DNA of 64,000 bases, taken from Thermoplasmatota archaeon (GTDB lineage: Archaea; Thermoplasmatota; E2; JACPAO01; JAHFTW01). Both the position numbers and the translations under genes were made by a program. Position 1 is the stretch's first letter. Each line of letters starts with the position of its first letter. The stretch is taken from positions 8,681-72,680 of the forward strand of contig DATLBS010000016.1 in assembly GCA_035526765.1 (NCBI GenBank). The letters are read 5' to 3'. Below the pieces are notes generated by a model, which worked only from the letters and a program-made list of their open reading frames with translations, had not been told where the DNA came from and did no database searches. This document shows positions 10,677 to 20,008 of the stretch, piece by piece.

Positions 10677-10895
10677 ATGGTACGGCTCTCCCGCCCACCC
10701 CGGGCCGTCTCCCCGGCGGCTACCCTCCTGGAGCCCCTTTCCGCCCTTGCGGTGGACTGCAACGTGTGCCACGTCCGCGGGGTCATCGACCTTGGGCCGA
10801 TGGAGGCCGGGCGCCTCGGAACATCCTGGGAATCGTTGGGCTGCGTCTTCACGGAAGGCTGCATCGGGCACGTTTGGCCCGAGGCCCTCAATTAG
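10677..10895 (+). CDS. Putative small Cys-rich protein (72 aa)
   Basis: MVRLSRPP...DCNVCH...GCVFTEGCIGHVWPEALN; occupies an otherwise empty intergenic gap. Confidence 0.4.
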   Translation: MVRLSRPPRAVSPAATLLEPLSALAVDCNVCHVRGVIDLGPMEAGRLGTSWESLGCVFTEGCIGHVWPEALN

Positions 10896-11076
10896 GCCGG
10901 AAGTCCAGGTCGGTTCAGGCCTGCCGCTGCCGGTCGTTGGCCCGCTGGGTAGACTACGTGCCCCGTCTCGGGTCCCTTTGCCCCAGGCCTCCACTTGCGT
11001 CGTGGCTGTGGCCGGCGTTCCGGGCCTGGGGGAAGAGGGAGAGAGGGCGAGGGTGGAGGGAGGGTGAGGAGGTTCC

Positions 11077-11679
11077 TCAGGCCTGGACTTCGAGGCGGCG
11101 GGGGGCCTCGGTGGGGACCAGCTTGGGCAGCGTCACGGTCAGGACGCCGTCGGCCAGGCGCGCCTTGCACCCGGAAGGCTGGATCTCTGCAGGCAGCGGG
11201 ATGGTGCGGCCGACCGGGGTGCCCGTGGCGCGCTCGGTCTGGAGGAGGACCGGCGGGTCGACCTCGCTGCTGGGCAGGACCTGGACCAGCAGGACCCTGT
11301 CGTGGCAGACGACGTAGGCCTGCTCGGCCTGGATGCCGGGCAGCTCGATGCGGACGACGAAGCTGGTGCCGTCGTCGGCCAGGTCGTACAGCGGGGCCCG
11401 CGGCGCCTTGAACTCTGCGTTGCCGGGCAGCGGGTAGCCGATGGCGGCCGTCGGCCACGGCGCATTCCACTGGGCGGAGTAGGGGGCGTACTGCGTCTGC
11501 AGGAGCGGGTTGAAGACGACGTTCTGCGGGGCGTGGCCGAGCACGTTGTAGAGCGAGTTCTGGGCCTGCGCAAGCTCGACGCGGGCCATGTGCAAGGCTT
11601 CCGGGCTCCGGGGGTCGAGGATGCGGACGGGGGCGCTGCGGCGGATCTCGGCCTGCTTCTTGGTGGTGGTCTCCTGCAT
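11077..11679 (-). CDS. Hsp20/alpha-crystallin family small heat shock protein
   Basis: YDLADDG.SFVVRIELPG ... RTIPLP..I....KARLADGVLTVTLPK. Confidence 0.85.
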   Translation of the reverse strand: MQETTTKKQAEIRRSAPVRILDPRSPEALHMARVELAQAQNSLYNVLGHAPQNVVFNPLLQTQYAPYSAQWNAPWPTAAIGYPLPGNAEFKAPRAPLYDLADDGTSFVVRIELPGIQAEQAYVVCHDRVLLVQVLPSSEVDPPVLLQTERATGTPVGRTIPLPAEIQPSGCKARLADGVLTVTLPKLVPTEAPRRLEVQA

Positions 11680-11864
11680 GGTGGTCACGTTGGGCGCGGG
11701 GCCCAGCAGGGCCACCGGAGCGGGGTATTCATCTTCCACCAAAACCAAACAGGTCCGTCGCACGTGCCCCAATGGAAAGCGGCGTGGCAGCCCAGCCGAG
11801 CCGAGGGAGACATCTGGAACGAGGGGGCGGAACCTGGAGCTCCGGCGGCCTCCTGCCCGGAGGT

Positions 11865-12431
11865 TCAGACCTGTCCGCTGCCGTAGTCGTTGGCCAGCTT
11901 GCGGTAGACGACCTGACCCGTCTCGGGGTCCTTCAGCTTGTTGCCCTCGCGCACGAGCTGGTTGCCGCTGGGGCCGAAGGCCTTGATGCAGCCGAGGTCC
12001 ATCTTGTCGGTGGCCAATTGGGGGCCGCCCTTCATGCCGATGACCTTGGCGCGGATGTAGTCGCCCGTCTTGTATTCCTCGTCGACGTACTTGATGTAGC
12101 GCGCGTCGATCTTCGACACGTGCAGGGTGCCCTCGAGGGGGAGGTGCACGCTGCGGCCCTCCTTGCCGCGGACGGCCATGATCTTGACGGAGGCCAGCGC
12201 CTCGGGCTTGATGTACGTCACCATGCCGACGACGACGTCGCCCTTCTCGCATTGGGCCACGTTCTTGCCCAGGGGGGTCACGCTGAGGGTCATGGTCTTG
12301 GGGTCGACTGCCTCGGTGCCGTAGAGGGCGGCCCGGATCTGGGTGCCATCGTCGTAGGTGCCGGTGCCGGGCAGCATCTCCTCGGAGTATGCCAGGGGGG
12401 TGCCAGGCTCGACGGGTCTGCGGTCGCTCAT
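11865..12431 (-). CDS. csl4: Exosome complex RNA-binding protein Csl4
   Basis: V.PG..LA..EE..PG.GTY, S1 domain (GTLHVSKI, GDYIRAKVI), DLGCIKA, RKLA..YG. Confidence 0.9.
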   Translation of the reverse strand: MSDRRPVEPGTPLAYSEEMLPGTGTYDDGTQIRAALYGTEAVDPKTMTLSVTPLGKNVAQCEKGDVVVGMVTYIKPEALASVKIMAVRGKEGRSVHLPLEGTLHVSKIDARYIKYVDEEYKTGDYIRAKVIGMKGGPQLATDKMDLGCIKAFGPSGNQLVREGNKLKDPETGQVVYRKLANDYGSGQV

Positions 12432-12481
12432 TGGCCTTGCGACACGGCCCTTGTTGAAAAACTACGCCGCCCGGCCTGACC

Positions 12482-12568
12482 CCAGATTTTCACAGAGTTC
12501 ACAGAGGCTGGCTTGGGTTCTGTGAAAGCTGACCCCGTTCTGTGAAATCTGTGAAATCTGTGGTTCGG
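12482..12568. repeat. REP-like imperfect palindrome (cacaga-type)
   Basis: ccagattttcacagagttcacaga ... tctgtgaaatctgtgaaatctgtggttcg; right arm closely matches that at 10151-10179. Confidence 0.75.
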
Positions 12569-12583
12569 TTGGGACGAAACCTT

Positions 12584-13261
12584 TCACCGAGTCAAGACAC
12601 GGACGCCATCGTCCCCGGCGATGTACGCCGCGTGGCACAACCCAAGGAAGAGGCCGCACGTCACGACGCCAGGGAACGTCTCGAGGGCGGCCTCCAGCCG
12701 CTCCGCGTCGACGATGCTCTCCCACTTGGAATCCAGGATCCAGTTCCCGTTGTCCGTGACGAAGGGCTTGCCGTCCTTCTGCCTGAGGGTGACCTGTCCT
12801 CCCAGGTGCTCGACGTGGGCCTGCACGGGGGCCTTGCCGAACGGCAGCACCTCGATGGGCAGGGCGAACGTGGATCCGAGGTGCTCGACCAGTTTTGCCG
12901 CGTCGGCCACCACGACCATCTTCCTCGAGACCCGGGCAACGACCTTCTCCCGGGTCAGCGCGCCGCCGCCGCCCTTGATGAGCCGGAGCTGGGGGTCCAC
13001 CTCGTCGGCGCCGTCGATGGTGAGGTCCAACACGGGGTTCTGGTCGAGGGTCGCAAGGGGGATCCCCAGCCTGCGCGCCAGTTCCTCCGAGGCCAAGGAG
13101 GTGGGGATGCCGGTGATGCGCAGCCCCCCCGCGACCTTGCGGCCAAGCGCCTCGATCGTGTAGCGGACCGTGCTGCCGGTGCCCAATCCGACCACCATCC
13201 CCTCGGTGACCAGCTCCGCGGCGGCCTCCCCCGCCTCGCGCTTGAGCGCCTCCCGGTCCAT
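12584..13261 (-). CDS. rpiA: Ribose-5-phosphate isomerase A
   Basis: GLGTGSTV, IDGADEVD, IKGGGGALTREK, TDNGN. Confidence 0.97.
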   Translation of the reverse strand: MDREALKREAGEAAAELVTEGMVVGLGTGSTVRYTIEALGRKVAGGLRITGIPTSLASEELARRLGIPLATLDQNPVLDLTIDGADEVDPQLRLIKGGGGALTREKVVARVSRKMVVVADAAKLVEHLGSTFALPIEVLPFGKAPVQAHVEHLGGQVTLRQKDGKPFVTDNGNWILDSKWESIVDAERLEAALETFPGVVTCGLFLGLCHAAYIAGDDGVRVLTR

Positions 13262-13358
13262 GCGCCCGCCAGCCCGGGGCGACGGAAAAGACGGGCCGGT
13301 CCGCGCGGCCTGTTCAAAGAATGACAAACTCTTCAAGGGGGTCGGGGATCCGCTCCGC

Positions 13359-13979
13359 ATGGCCCTGCGTGCCCTGGCCCTGGTTGCCCTCTCTGCCCTC
13401 CTGCTTGCCCCGGTCGTTTCGGCCCACCAGGCCGCGTACTCCGTGGACAACAAGTACCGCTTCTCCGTCGGGCACCTGAACGAGCCCATCACGACCTACG
13501 TCAAGACCGGGCTGGACCTGAGCCTCAGCCTCAACGACGCCGCCCGCACCGCGGTCCCCCAGCTCAACCCCGGCAACCTGACCGCCACGCTGACCGCCCC
13601 TGACGGCAGCACCCTCAGCCTCCCCCTGCAGAACCAGTTCGGCACCGTGAACCACTTCACCTTCACGGAGCCGTACGTCCTCACCCAGGGCGGCGTCTAC
13701 CGCCTCAAGGTCACTGGCAACGTGTTCGGCTCCGCCGTCGCCTTCGAGAACGTCGCGGTGGGCAGCACGACCCCAGTCCCCGCCATGTCCAACGTGACCT
13801 TCCCCGCCTCCAAGGTCGCCAGCAACCTCGAACTGCAGGACGAGGTCGCCGCCCTGAAGGCCCGCATCGCCGCCCTTGAGTCCGCCCCCAAGGCGAAGGG
13901 CGCCCCGAGCCTCGATGCCATGCCCGCCCTCGTGCTGCTGCTGGCCGCCGTGGCCGTCGCCACCCGCCGTCGCGCCTAG
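13359..13979 (+). CDS. Secreted protein with C-terminal sorting/anchor signal
   Basis: Signal peptide (..VVSA-H); C-terminal KGAPS + hydrophobic helix + RRRA. Confidence 0.75.
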   Translation: MALRALALVALSALLLAPVVSAHQAAYSVDNKYRFSVGHLNEPITTYVKTGLDLSLSLNDAARTAVPQLNPGNLTATLTAPDGSTLSLPLQNQFGTVNHFTFTEPYVLTQGGVYRLKVTGNVFGSAVAFENVAVGSTTPVPAMSNVTFPASKVASNLELQDEVAALKARIAALESAPKAKGAPSLDAMPALVLLLAAVAVATRRRA

Positions 13980-14100
13980 CCGCACCCCGAAGCGCTGGCC
14001 GCCCGCACCTGCGCCCGGTACTTGCGCGCGCGCCGCCCCATGAGCTGCCTGCGTGGCGTCCCCCCGCAAGGCCTATCGGCCGAAGCCGGCTGCGCGCCGC

Positions 14101-15630
14101 ATGGGCCGCGCGACCCTTTCCCTCTCGATCCTCCTGCTGCTGGCGCTGGCCGGGTGCTTCGGCGCCGGCACGACGCCTACGACCTCCGGGACCGGGGCCC
14201 CGGGCGCCCAGGCGGGGTACCGCCTGGACTGCGGGCTCAGCAACTGGAACGAGACCTGCCTCGTGCGCGCAAGCCCCAACGACTCGCCCAGCAAGTCCGA
14301 GATCGACGTCGCCGTGAACCCCGCGGACCCCCGCAACGTCTTCGTCGCCAGCAAGGACCTCGACCGCAAGGCCTCCACCTGCGTGTGGGCCGTGGGCCAG
14401 TACACCAAGGACGGGGGACGCACCTGGAACACGACCTACCTCGGCGGTCTCGCGGCGGAGCGCGGGCCAGCGAACCCCCTCTACGGTTGGCACTGCATCA
14501 CGGACCCCATCCTGCAGTACGAATCCGATGGCACGCTGCACTACTCCCTGCAGGCGTACGAGTACAACCCCGCGAACCTGCCGTACTTCCAGGACCCGAC
14601 GGGGCTTGCGTCGCTGCCGCCGACGATGGGGTACATGTTCCACGCCATCAGCCACGACGGCGGGGCCACCTTCCCGACGATGTTCATCCAGCACGTGGGC
14701 GATGCCGGCTTCGTCTACCACGATTACATGCGCATGGGCCGAAACCCCCGCACCGACACCGTGTTCACGATCTGGAACCAGCTCAGCCCCGGCGCCGGCT
14801 CCGTGCCCGTCGTGGTGGCCGTGAAGCATGGCCAGACGGTCGCCCAGCCCCCCTACTACTTCCCCAACCTCTCCAATGCCCAGGACGCCGAGGGGCAGGG
14901 CATCAGCCTGGGGGAGTCCGCGGTCGTGGGCGCAAGCGACGGCACCGTGTACGCTTGGCTGTCCGGCTTCAACTCGGGGGGCCGCGCCGTCCTCTCCCTC
15001 TCCAACGACGACGGGGCCACCTTCACGCAGCCGCGCCAGGTGTGGAGCTTCACGCCCATGGACGACCTCAATGGCACGGAGTTCCGCACCGGCACGAGCG
15101 TGGAGCTCGCCGTCGACACCTCGGGCGGGCCCCGGGATGGCTGCCTGCACGCCGTGTGGGGCGGCAAGGAGGCCGGCACCGTGGGACCCAGCGACATCTA
15201 CGCGCGCTCCAGCTGCGACAAGGGCGCCACGTGGAGCGAACCCGTCCTCGTGAACGCCCTCCACCGCCAGGACGGGCAGTTCATGCCGCGCGTCTCGGTG
15301 GACGGCCATGGCGCCGTGCATGCCGTCTACATGACGCGGGCGTACGACGAGGCCCACCACCACCTGTGGATCGACGCGGAGCACGCGTCCTCCACGGACG
15401 GCGGGAAGACCTGGGCGCAGCGGCGGCTCACGGGGGTCAGCTTCGACGGCGACCTGGGCGTGCACCAGGACGGTTTCCCCTTCATCGGCGACTACATCGG
15501 CATCTCGAGCGTGGGGGACCACACGTGGATGGGCTTCCCGCACACGATGACGGGCCGGGCGGAGATCGCGGTGGCGCACGTGGTGCACGACGACGACGGC
15601 TCCGGCATCGACCACGGCGCCCACGCATGA
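14101..15630 (+). CDS. Lipoprotein with BNR/Asp-box repeats (sialidase-like beta-propeller)
   Basis: Lipobox LAGC; Asp boxes TKDGGRTW, SHDGGATF, SNDDGATF, SCDKGATW, STDGGKTW; FIGDYIGI. Confidence 0.85.
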   Translation: MGRATLSLSILLLLALAGCFGAGTTPTTSGTGAPGAQAGYRLDCGLSNWNETCLVRASPNDSPSKSEIDVAVNPADPRNVFVASKDLDRKASTCVWAVGQYTKDGGRTWNTTYLGGLAAERGPANPLYGWHCITDPILQYESDGTLHYSLQAYEYNPANLPYFQDPTGLASLPPTMGYMFHAISHDGGATFPTMFIQHVGDAGFVYHDYMRMGRNPRTDTVFTIWNQLSPGAGSVPVVVAVKHGQTVAQPPYYFPNLSNAQDAEGQGISLGESAVVGASDGTVYAWLSGFNSGGRAVLSLSNDDGATFTQPRQVWSFTPMDDLNGTEFRTGTSVELAVDTSGGPRDGCLHAVWGGKEAGTVGPSDIYARSSCDKGATWSEPVLVNALHRQDGQFMPRVSVDGHGAVHAVYMTRAYDEAHHHLWIDAEHASSTDGGKTWAQRRLTGVSFDGDLGVHQDGFPFIGDYIGISSVGDHTWMGFPHTMTGRAEIAVAHVVHDDDGSGIDHGAHA

Positions 15631-16523
15631 CCCCTCGACCCTCCTCCCCCAAGCGCCCCGCGAAGCCTGGCCGGACGGCTGGGGCACCGGCCAAGGCCGC
15701 CGGAGGCAAGGCCGGCAAGGCCGCCCAGGAATCCGTCAAGCGCACGGCCAAGGCGACCGCCAGGCCAGGCGGTGGCGCCAAGGCCGCGAGGGCGCCCCGC
15801 GCCCGCAAGGAGGGGCTGGACGAGGCGGTCATCGCGAAGCTGCTGCCGTACCTGCGCGCCCTTCGGGGCTACACGCGCCTCAAGGCGGACGGCCTCGAGA
15901 ACGTCCCGCGCGGTCCTGCCATCCTGGCCGCCAACCACACGGGCTGGCTGGGTCTCGACTACGCCCTGACCGCCCTCGTGCTGCATGACGAGGCAAAGCG
16001 CACGCCGCGCGGGATGGTGCACTCCGCCTGGTTCGGCAACCCCGTGACGGCCCGCTTCGCGCGCCAAGTGGGGCTCAGCAGGGTCTCCAAGGAATCCATG
16101 GCGCAGGACCTGGCGGACGGGCACCTCGTCATGGTGTTCCCCGAGGGCGAGAAGGGGGCGTTCCGCATCGCCAGCGACTACGAGGTGCTGGAGTTCGCGC
16201 GCGGCTTCGTGCGCGTCGCGATGGCGACCCAGTTGCCGGTCGTCCCGGTGGCCGTGCTGGGCGGGGAGGAGTCGAACCCCGTGGACCGCACCATCAAGGG
16301 TTACGAGGAGATGCTGAAGCTGCAGTTGCCCGTGCCTCGCAACATCCTGCCCAAGCCGGTGAAGTGGCGCATCCGGTTCCTGCCCCCCATCGCCTTCACG
16401 GATTACACGGCCGCCGACGCCGACGACGCGGACCGGGTGCACGCCATCGCGGAGGACGTGCGCACCCGCATCCAGCGCGAGCTGCGCAGGCTGCAGAAGG
16501 AACGCGGGCACCCGTACATCTGA
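15627..16523 (+). CDS. Lysophospholipid acyltransferase superfamily protein (MGAT/DGAT2-like) with Lys/Ala-rich N-terminal extension
   Basis: ANHTGWLGLD, VFPEG, F.RGFVRVAM...PVVPVAVLGGEE; ATGA overlap with upstream gene. Confidence 0.85.
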   Translation: MTPRPSSPKRPAKPGRTAGAPAKAAGGKAGKAAQESVKRTAKATARPGGGAKAARAPRARKEGLDEAVIAKLLPYLRALRGYTRLKADGLENVPRGPAILAANHTGWLGLDYALTALVLHDEAKRTPRGMVHSAWFGNPVTARFARQVGLSRVSKESMAQDLADGHLVMVFPEGEKGAFRIASDYEVLEFARGFVRVAMATQLPVVPVAVLGGEESNPVDRTIKGYEEMLKLQLPVPRNILPKPVKWRIRFLPPIAFTDYTAADADDADRVHAIAEDVRTRIQRELRRLQKERGHPYI

Positions 16524-16530
16524 CGCAGGC

Positions 16531-16769
16531 CACGAACGCTCCGCGCCCGATTCTGGACCAACGACAGTCCAACACGTCCTTGGACGACGGGGGCGTCGAC
16601 CAGAACCATGCCATTTGGTGTGTGGAGCGCACGGCCCCGCAAGGTGTTGACAGGTTGCGGCGGCGCGGCTTCGCCGCGCCCCCATGCCATCGCCAGCTGG
16701 AACAACGCGCCGCCGGCCACACACACCCATGGACGGGGACTCCTCGATTTTCGGGCGACCGATGGCTCG
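16531..16769 (-). repeat. Dispersed structured non-coding element, copy 1
   Basis: Colinear by eye with 40596-40832 over the full length (ggcgaccgatggctcg identical) and with the reverse complement of 32170-32476 and 53461-53740. Confidence 0.85.
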
Positions 16770-16786
16770 CAGGCGGCGACGGTGCC

Positions 16787-17560
16787 TTACTTGTGGCCCC
16801 TGAGTGCCGTGGCGACCTGGCGATGGATGGTGGGGCTCAGCAGGAACCCCCAGTGGTGCATCCACGGCACGCGGACGTTGCGGGCCCCCGGGTGGCGAAG
16901 GATGGAGTTCTCCGCCGGGATGATGACGCCGTCCACGGGGCTCCAGAAATTGGTGGCCTGCACGCCCTCCGGGACGTCCTCGCCCAGCTCCCGCAGGAAC
17001 TCCGCGCCGGGCCGCACCTGGGCGGCGATGCGCAGCACGGGCAGGACGTACGAGAAGTAGGTGCCCTGGTGCGGCGAGCCGAGGAACACGATGTGGCCCA
17101 CCCGCTGCGCGCCGCCGAGGAACTTGAGGTAGTAGCGCGCGACGATGCCCCCCGCGCTGTGGCACACGAGGTCCACCTTGCCGGGGGCGGGGGAGACGGC
17201 GTCGACCATGGCGGAGAGGTGCTGGGCCGCGATGCGGATGTCCCCCAGCAGGGAGTAGGGCAGGCTGACCTCGGCCACGGAGAAGCCCTCGTGCTCGAGG
17301 CGTCGCCGGAAGAGGTTCCAGTAGAGGTGCCGCTGGCCCAGGATGCCATGCACCAGCAGCACGGGCCGTCCGGTGCCCTGCAGGCCCGAGCCCTTGGCCC
17401 GGGCACGCACCTGCCGCTGCTTGCCGCGCTGGACCGCCTTTGCGACCCTGGCCGTGGCCTTCGCCGCCTTGGCCGTGCCCCGTGCCGTCGCCTTCGCCGC
17501 CTTGGCGCTGCCCCGGGCCGTGGCCTTGGCGGCCTTCTTGGCGGTCCGGGCTTCGCCCAC
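16787..17560 (-). CDS. Alpha/beta-hydrolase (small lipase/esterase) with N-terminal 11-residue Lys/Ala repeats
   Basis: PVLLVHG, nucleophile elbow CHSAGG, LGSPHQGT, SPVDGVI, HHWGFL; GTG start inferred. Confidence 0.85.
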   Translation of the reverse strand: MGEARTAKKAAKATARGSAKAAKATARGTAKAAKATARVAKAVQRGKQRQVRARAKGSGLQGTGRPVLLVHGILGQRHLYWNLFRRRLEHEGFSVAEVSLPYSLLGDIRIAAQHLSAMVDAVSPAPGKVDLVCHSAGGIVARYYLKFLGGAQRVGHIVFLGSPHQGTYFSYVLPVLRIAAQVRPGAEFLRELGEDVPEGVQATNFWSPVDGVIIPAENSILRHPGARNVRVPWMHHWGFLLSPTIHRQVATALRGHK

Positions 17561-17648
17561 GACCCCATCATGGAGGCCTCCTGTCCATGAAGGGCCCGGT
17601 CCGTTCCGCGGGCAGGCTAATAGGGGAGCTTCCCTCGCGTTGCCGCCG

Positions 17649-18086
17649 ATGGCCGACGCCGCCAAGCCCGCGATCCTCGCCGAGACCCGCTTCACGGTCC
17701 GCGAGGGGCTGGCCTACCGCGCCATGCGAACGGGCGCCATCTGGATGAACAAGCTGTTCTTCGGCGCCCTCATCCTCCTCGCCATCTGGCTCCTGTACGG
17801 CTACACGGTGGGCACGCAGTCCTGCGTCGGGGGGCTCCCGGCCGCCCCCACGAACGGCACCGTGGCGGACCACGGCACCACCCAGAAGTGCAGCATCCTC
17901 CTCACCGAGACCTCCGTCTACCTCGGCTCCATGGCGCTCCTGACGTTCGCGCTCTCGCTGGCCTTCGGCATCCTGGGGCTCGTCGTGGGCAAGCAGGTGC
18001 TGCGCATGGCCCCTGCCGACTCTGAACCCGGCGCCGGGAACGGTGGCGCGGGTGCAGGCGACCTCCCGCCGCCCCCCTCGCCCTAG
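17649..18086 (+). CDS. Hypothetical membrane protein (2 TM, Cys pair in the loop)
   Basis: Two hydrophobic helices, coding-like codon usage. Confidence 0.7.
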   Translation: MADAAKPAILAETRFTVREGLAYRAMRTGAIWMNKLFFGALILLAIWLLYGYTVGTQSCVGGLPAAPTNGTVADHGTTQKCSILLTETSVYLGSMALLTFALSLAFGILGLVVGKQVLRMAPADSEPGAGNGGAGAGDLPPPPSP

Positions 18087-18103
18087 CGTCCCTTCCAGAC
18101 CAT

Positions 18104-18111
18104 CCTTTAAG
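18104..18111 (+). promoter_or_regulatory. Putative archaeal TATA box (cctttaag) of the adkA operon, implying a leaderless transcript
   Basis: AT-rich box about 25 nt upstream of ATG 18136; similar spacing at many genes in the window. Confidence 0.55.
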
Positions 18112-18135
18112 ACCGGCCCTTCTGTCCGCGGCGCC

Positions 18136-18738
18136 ATGGGTGCCATCATCGTGACCGGGATCCCAGGCGTTGGGAAGACCACGGTCATGGAGGCCGCCGC
18201 CAAGGCGCGCAGCCTCAAGGTCGCCGTGTACGGCTCCGTCATGTTCGAGGTCGCCTCGGCCAAGGGGCTCGTGCAGTCGCGCGACGAGATGCGCAAGCTC
18301 CCCGCGGACACCCAGAAGTCCATCCAGAAGGAGGCGGCCAGGCGCATCGCCGCCATGGGCGACGTCATCGTCGACACGCACTGCAGCATCAAGACGCCCA
18401 CCGGTTACCTGCCTGGCCTGCCGGCCTGGGTGCTGGCGGAACTGCAGCCCAGCGCCGTCGTCCTGGTCGAGGCGGACCCCCGGGAGATCCTTGGGCGGCG
18501 GCAGGGCGACGCCACCCGGAAGCGCGACGAGGACTCCCTCGAGGCCATCGCGGAGCACCAGGAGTACAACCGCCGCTTCGCGGCCGCCTACGCGACCCTC
18601 ACGGGCGCCACGGTGCACACCGTCCACAACAAGGATGGCGGCGTCGAGGCAGCCCTGCAGCAGATGATGCCCGTGCTGGGCGGCCCCAAGGCGGGCGCTG
18701 CTGGAGCCAAACCCAACGTCCCGGTGGGGGCCCGCTGA
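18136..18738 (+). CDS. adkA: Archaeal adenylate kinase
   Basis: VTGIPGVGKTT, RDEMRKL, VDTHCSIKTP.GYLPGLP. Confidence 0.95.
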   Translation: MGAIIVTGIPGVGKTTVMEAAAKARSLKVAVYGSVMFEVASAKGLVQSRDEMRKLPADTQKSIQKEAARRIAAMGDVIVDTHCSIKTPTGYLPGLPAWVLAELQPSAVVLVEADPREILGRRQGDATRKRDEDSLEAIAEHQEYNRRFAAAYATLTGATVHTVHNKDGGVEAALQQMMPVLGGPKAGAAGAKPNVPVGAR

Positions 18739-19445
18739 TGGCCAAAGACATGGCGCCGGCGCGCAAGGGCGGCTCCGGCAACCTCGTGAACATCGTGGGC
18801 CTCGTGCTGGTGTTCTTCATCCTCTTCAACGCGGACGCCCGCAACGCGATGGGCAAGTACGCGGGCTACGTGATGGACCCCCTCATCGGCTTCGGCGGCC
18901 GCTACCCCGTCCTGACCATCCTCATCGCCGGCGCCATCCTGGTGGCCGCGACCACGGTGGTGCGCCACTTCACCACGGACTGGATCGAGACCGCCCGCAC
19001 GACGGCCTACTCGCGCCACTACCAGAAGGAGATGATGGCGGCGCGAAAGGAGAACAACACCTACAAGATCAAGAAGCTCACCGAGGCGCAGCCGGAGATG
19101 ATGAAGCGCACGCAGGAGATGAACTCCAAGCAGCTCAAGACGATGCCCATCACGATGCTGGTGGCCGTCCCCCTCTTCGCGTGGGTCAGCACCTTCCTTG
19201 CCGGCCTCGACTACACGTGGTACTCCGCGCCGTGGAACCCCAGCGTCGACATGTTCGCCACCAACGGCATCCTGCCCTTCGGCGCACACGGCTCCAGCCT
19301 CTTCCAGCACTGGATCCTCCTCTACATGACGCTCAGCATCCCGCTGGGCGCCCTCATCCAGAAGACGATGAAGTACTTCGCCTGGAAGGAGCGCTGGCAG
19401 AAGCGCCACCACCCGCACCACGAGCCCGGGGCCCCCAAGGCATGA
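18738..19445 (+). CDS. DUF106 / EMC3-TMCO1 (Oxa1 superfamily) membrane protein
   Basis: TM-coiled coil-TM layout; canonical position between adk and cmk. Confidence 0.85.
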   Translation: MAKDMAPARKGGSGNLVNIVGLVLVFFILFNADARNAMGKYAGYVMDPLIGFGGRYPVLTILIAGAILVAATTVVRHFTTDWIETARTTAYSRHYQKEMMAARKENNTYKIKKLTEAQPEMMKRTQEMNSKQLKTMPITMLVAVPLFAWVSTFLAGLDYTWYSAPWNPSVDMFATNGILPFGAHGSSLFQHWILLYMTLSIPLGALIQKTMKYFAWKERWQKRHHPHHEPGAPKA

Positions 19446-20008
19446 GCCCCCCCACGCTCCCCCCGGCCACCACGGTCACCGTCGGGGGCCTGCCCGGCAC
19501 CGGCACCAGCACCCTGTGCAAGCTCCTCGAGAGGGAACTGGGCCTTCCCTACCACTACGCCGGCGCCCTCTTCCGCGCCGAGGCGCAGCGCCGCGGCCTG
19601 AGCCTCGCCGAGTTCGGCGCCCTCAGCCAGCGCGACCCCTCCATCGACGAGGCCCTCGACGACCGCCAGATCGGCATGCTCCGCAAGGGGGGCGTCATCC
19701 TCGAGGGCCGGCTCAGCGGCTGGCTGGCGGCGCGCCACAAACTCCCCGCCTTCAAGGTCTGGGTCACCTGCGACGACAAGGAACGCATCCGCCGCATCGT
19801 CCGCCGCGACGGCGGCGACGAGCGCGCGCAGCAGGAGGCCACCGAGCGGCGCGAGGCCTCCGAGGCGGACCGGTACCTCCGCTACTACGGCGCCGACCTC
19901 AACGACCTCAGCCGCTACGACCTCGTCCTCGACTCCACCGCGACCGCCCCGGAGGCCCTCGCTGAGGCCGTGCGGGAGGCCCTGGCGCGCCAGGTGGCCA
20001 AGGCGTGA
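19442..20008 (+). CDS. cmk: Archaeal cytidylate kinase
   Basis: GGLPGTGTST, GALFR, ILEGRLSGW, RY..YYG.D..D.S.YDLVLDS. Confidence 0.92.
   Translation: MSPPTLPPATTVTVGGLPGTGTSTLCKLLERELGLPYHYAGALFRAEAQRRGLSLAEFGALSQRDPSIDEALDDRQIGMLRKGGVILEGRLSGWLAARHKLPAFKVWVTCDDKERIRRIVRRDGGDERAQQEATERREASEADRYLRYYGADLNDLSRYDLVLDSTATAPEALAEAVREALARQVAKA

Noticed and set aside
10758..10772. CxxCH as a c-type heme site
   Set aside because: No export signal and the ORF itself is uncertain
10113..12568. Periodic cacaga repeats as a possible CRISPR array
   Set aside because: They are inverted arms without unique spacers of regular length, and no cas genes are present
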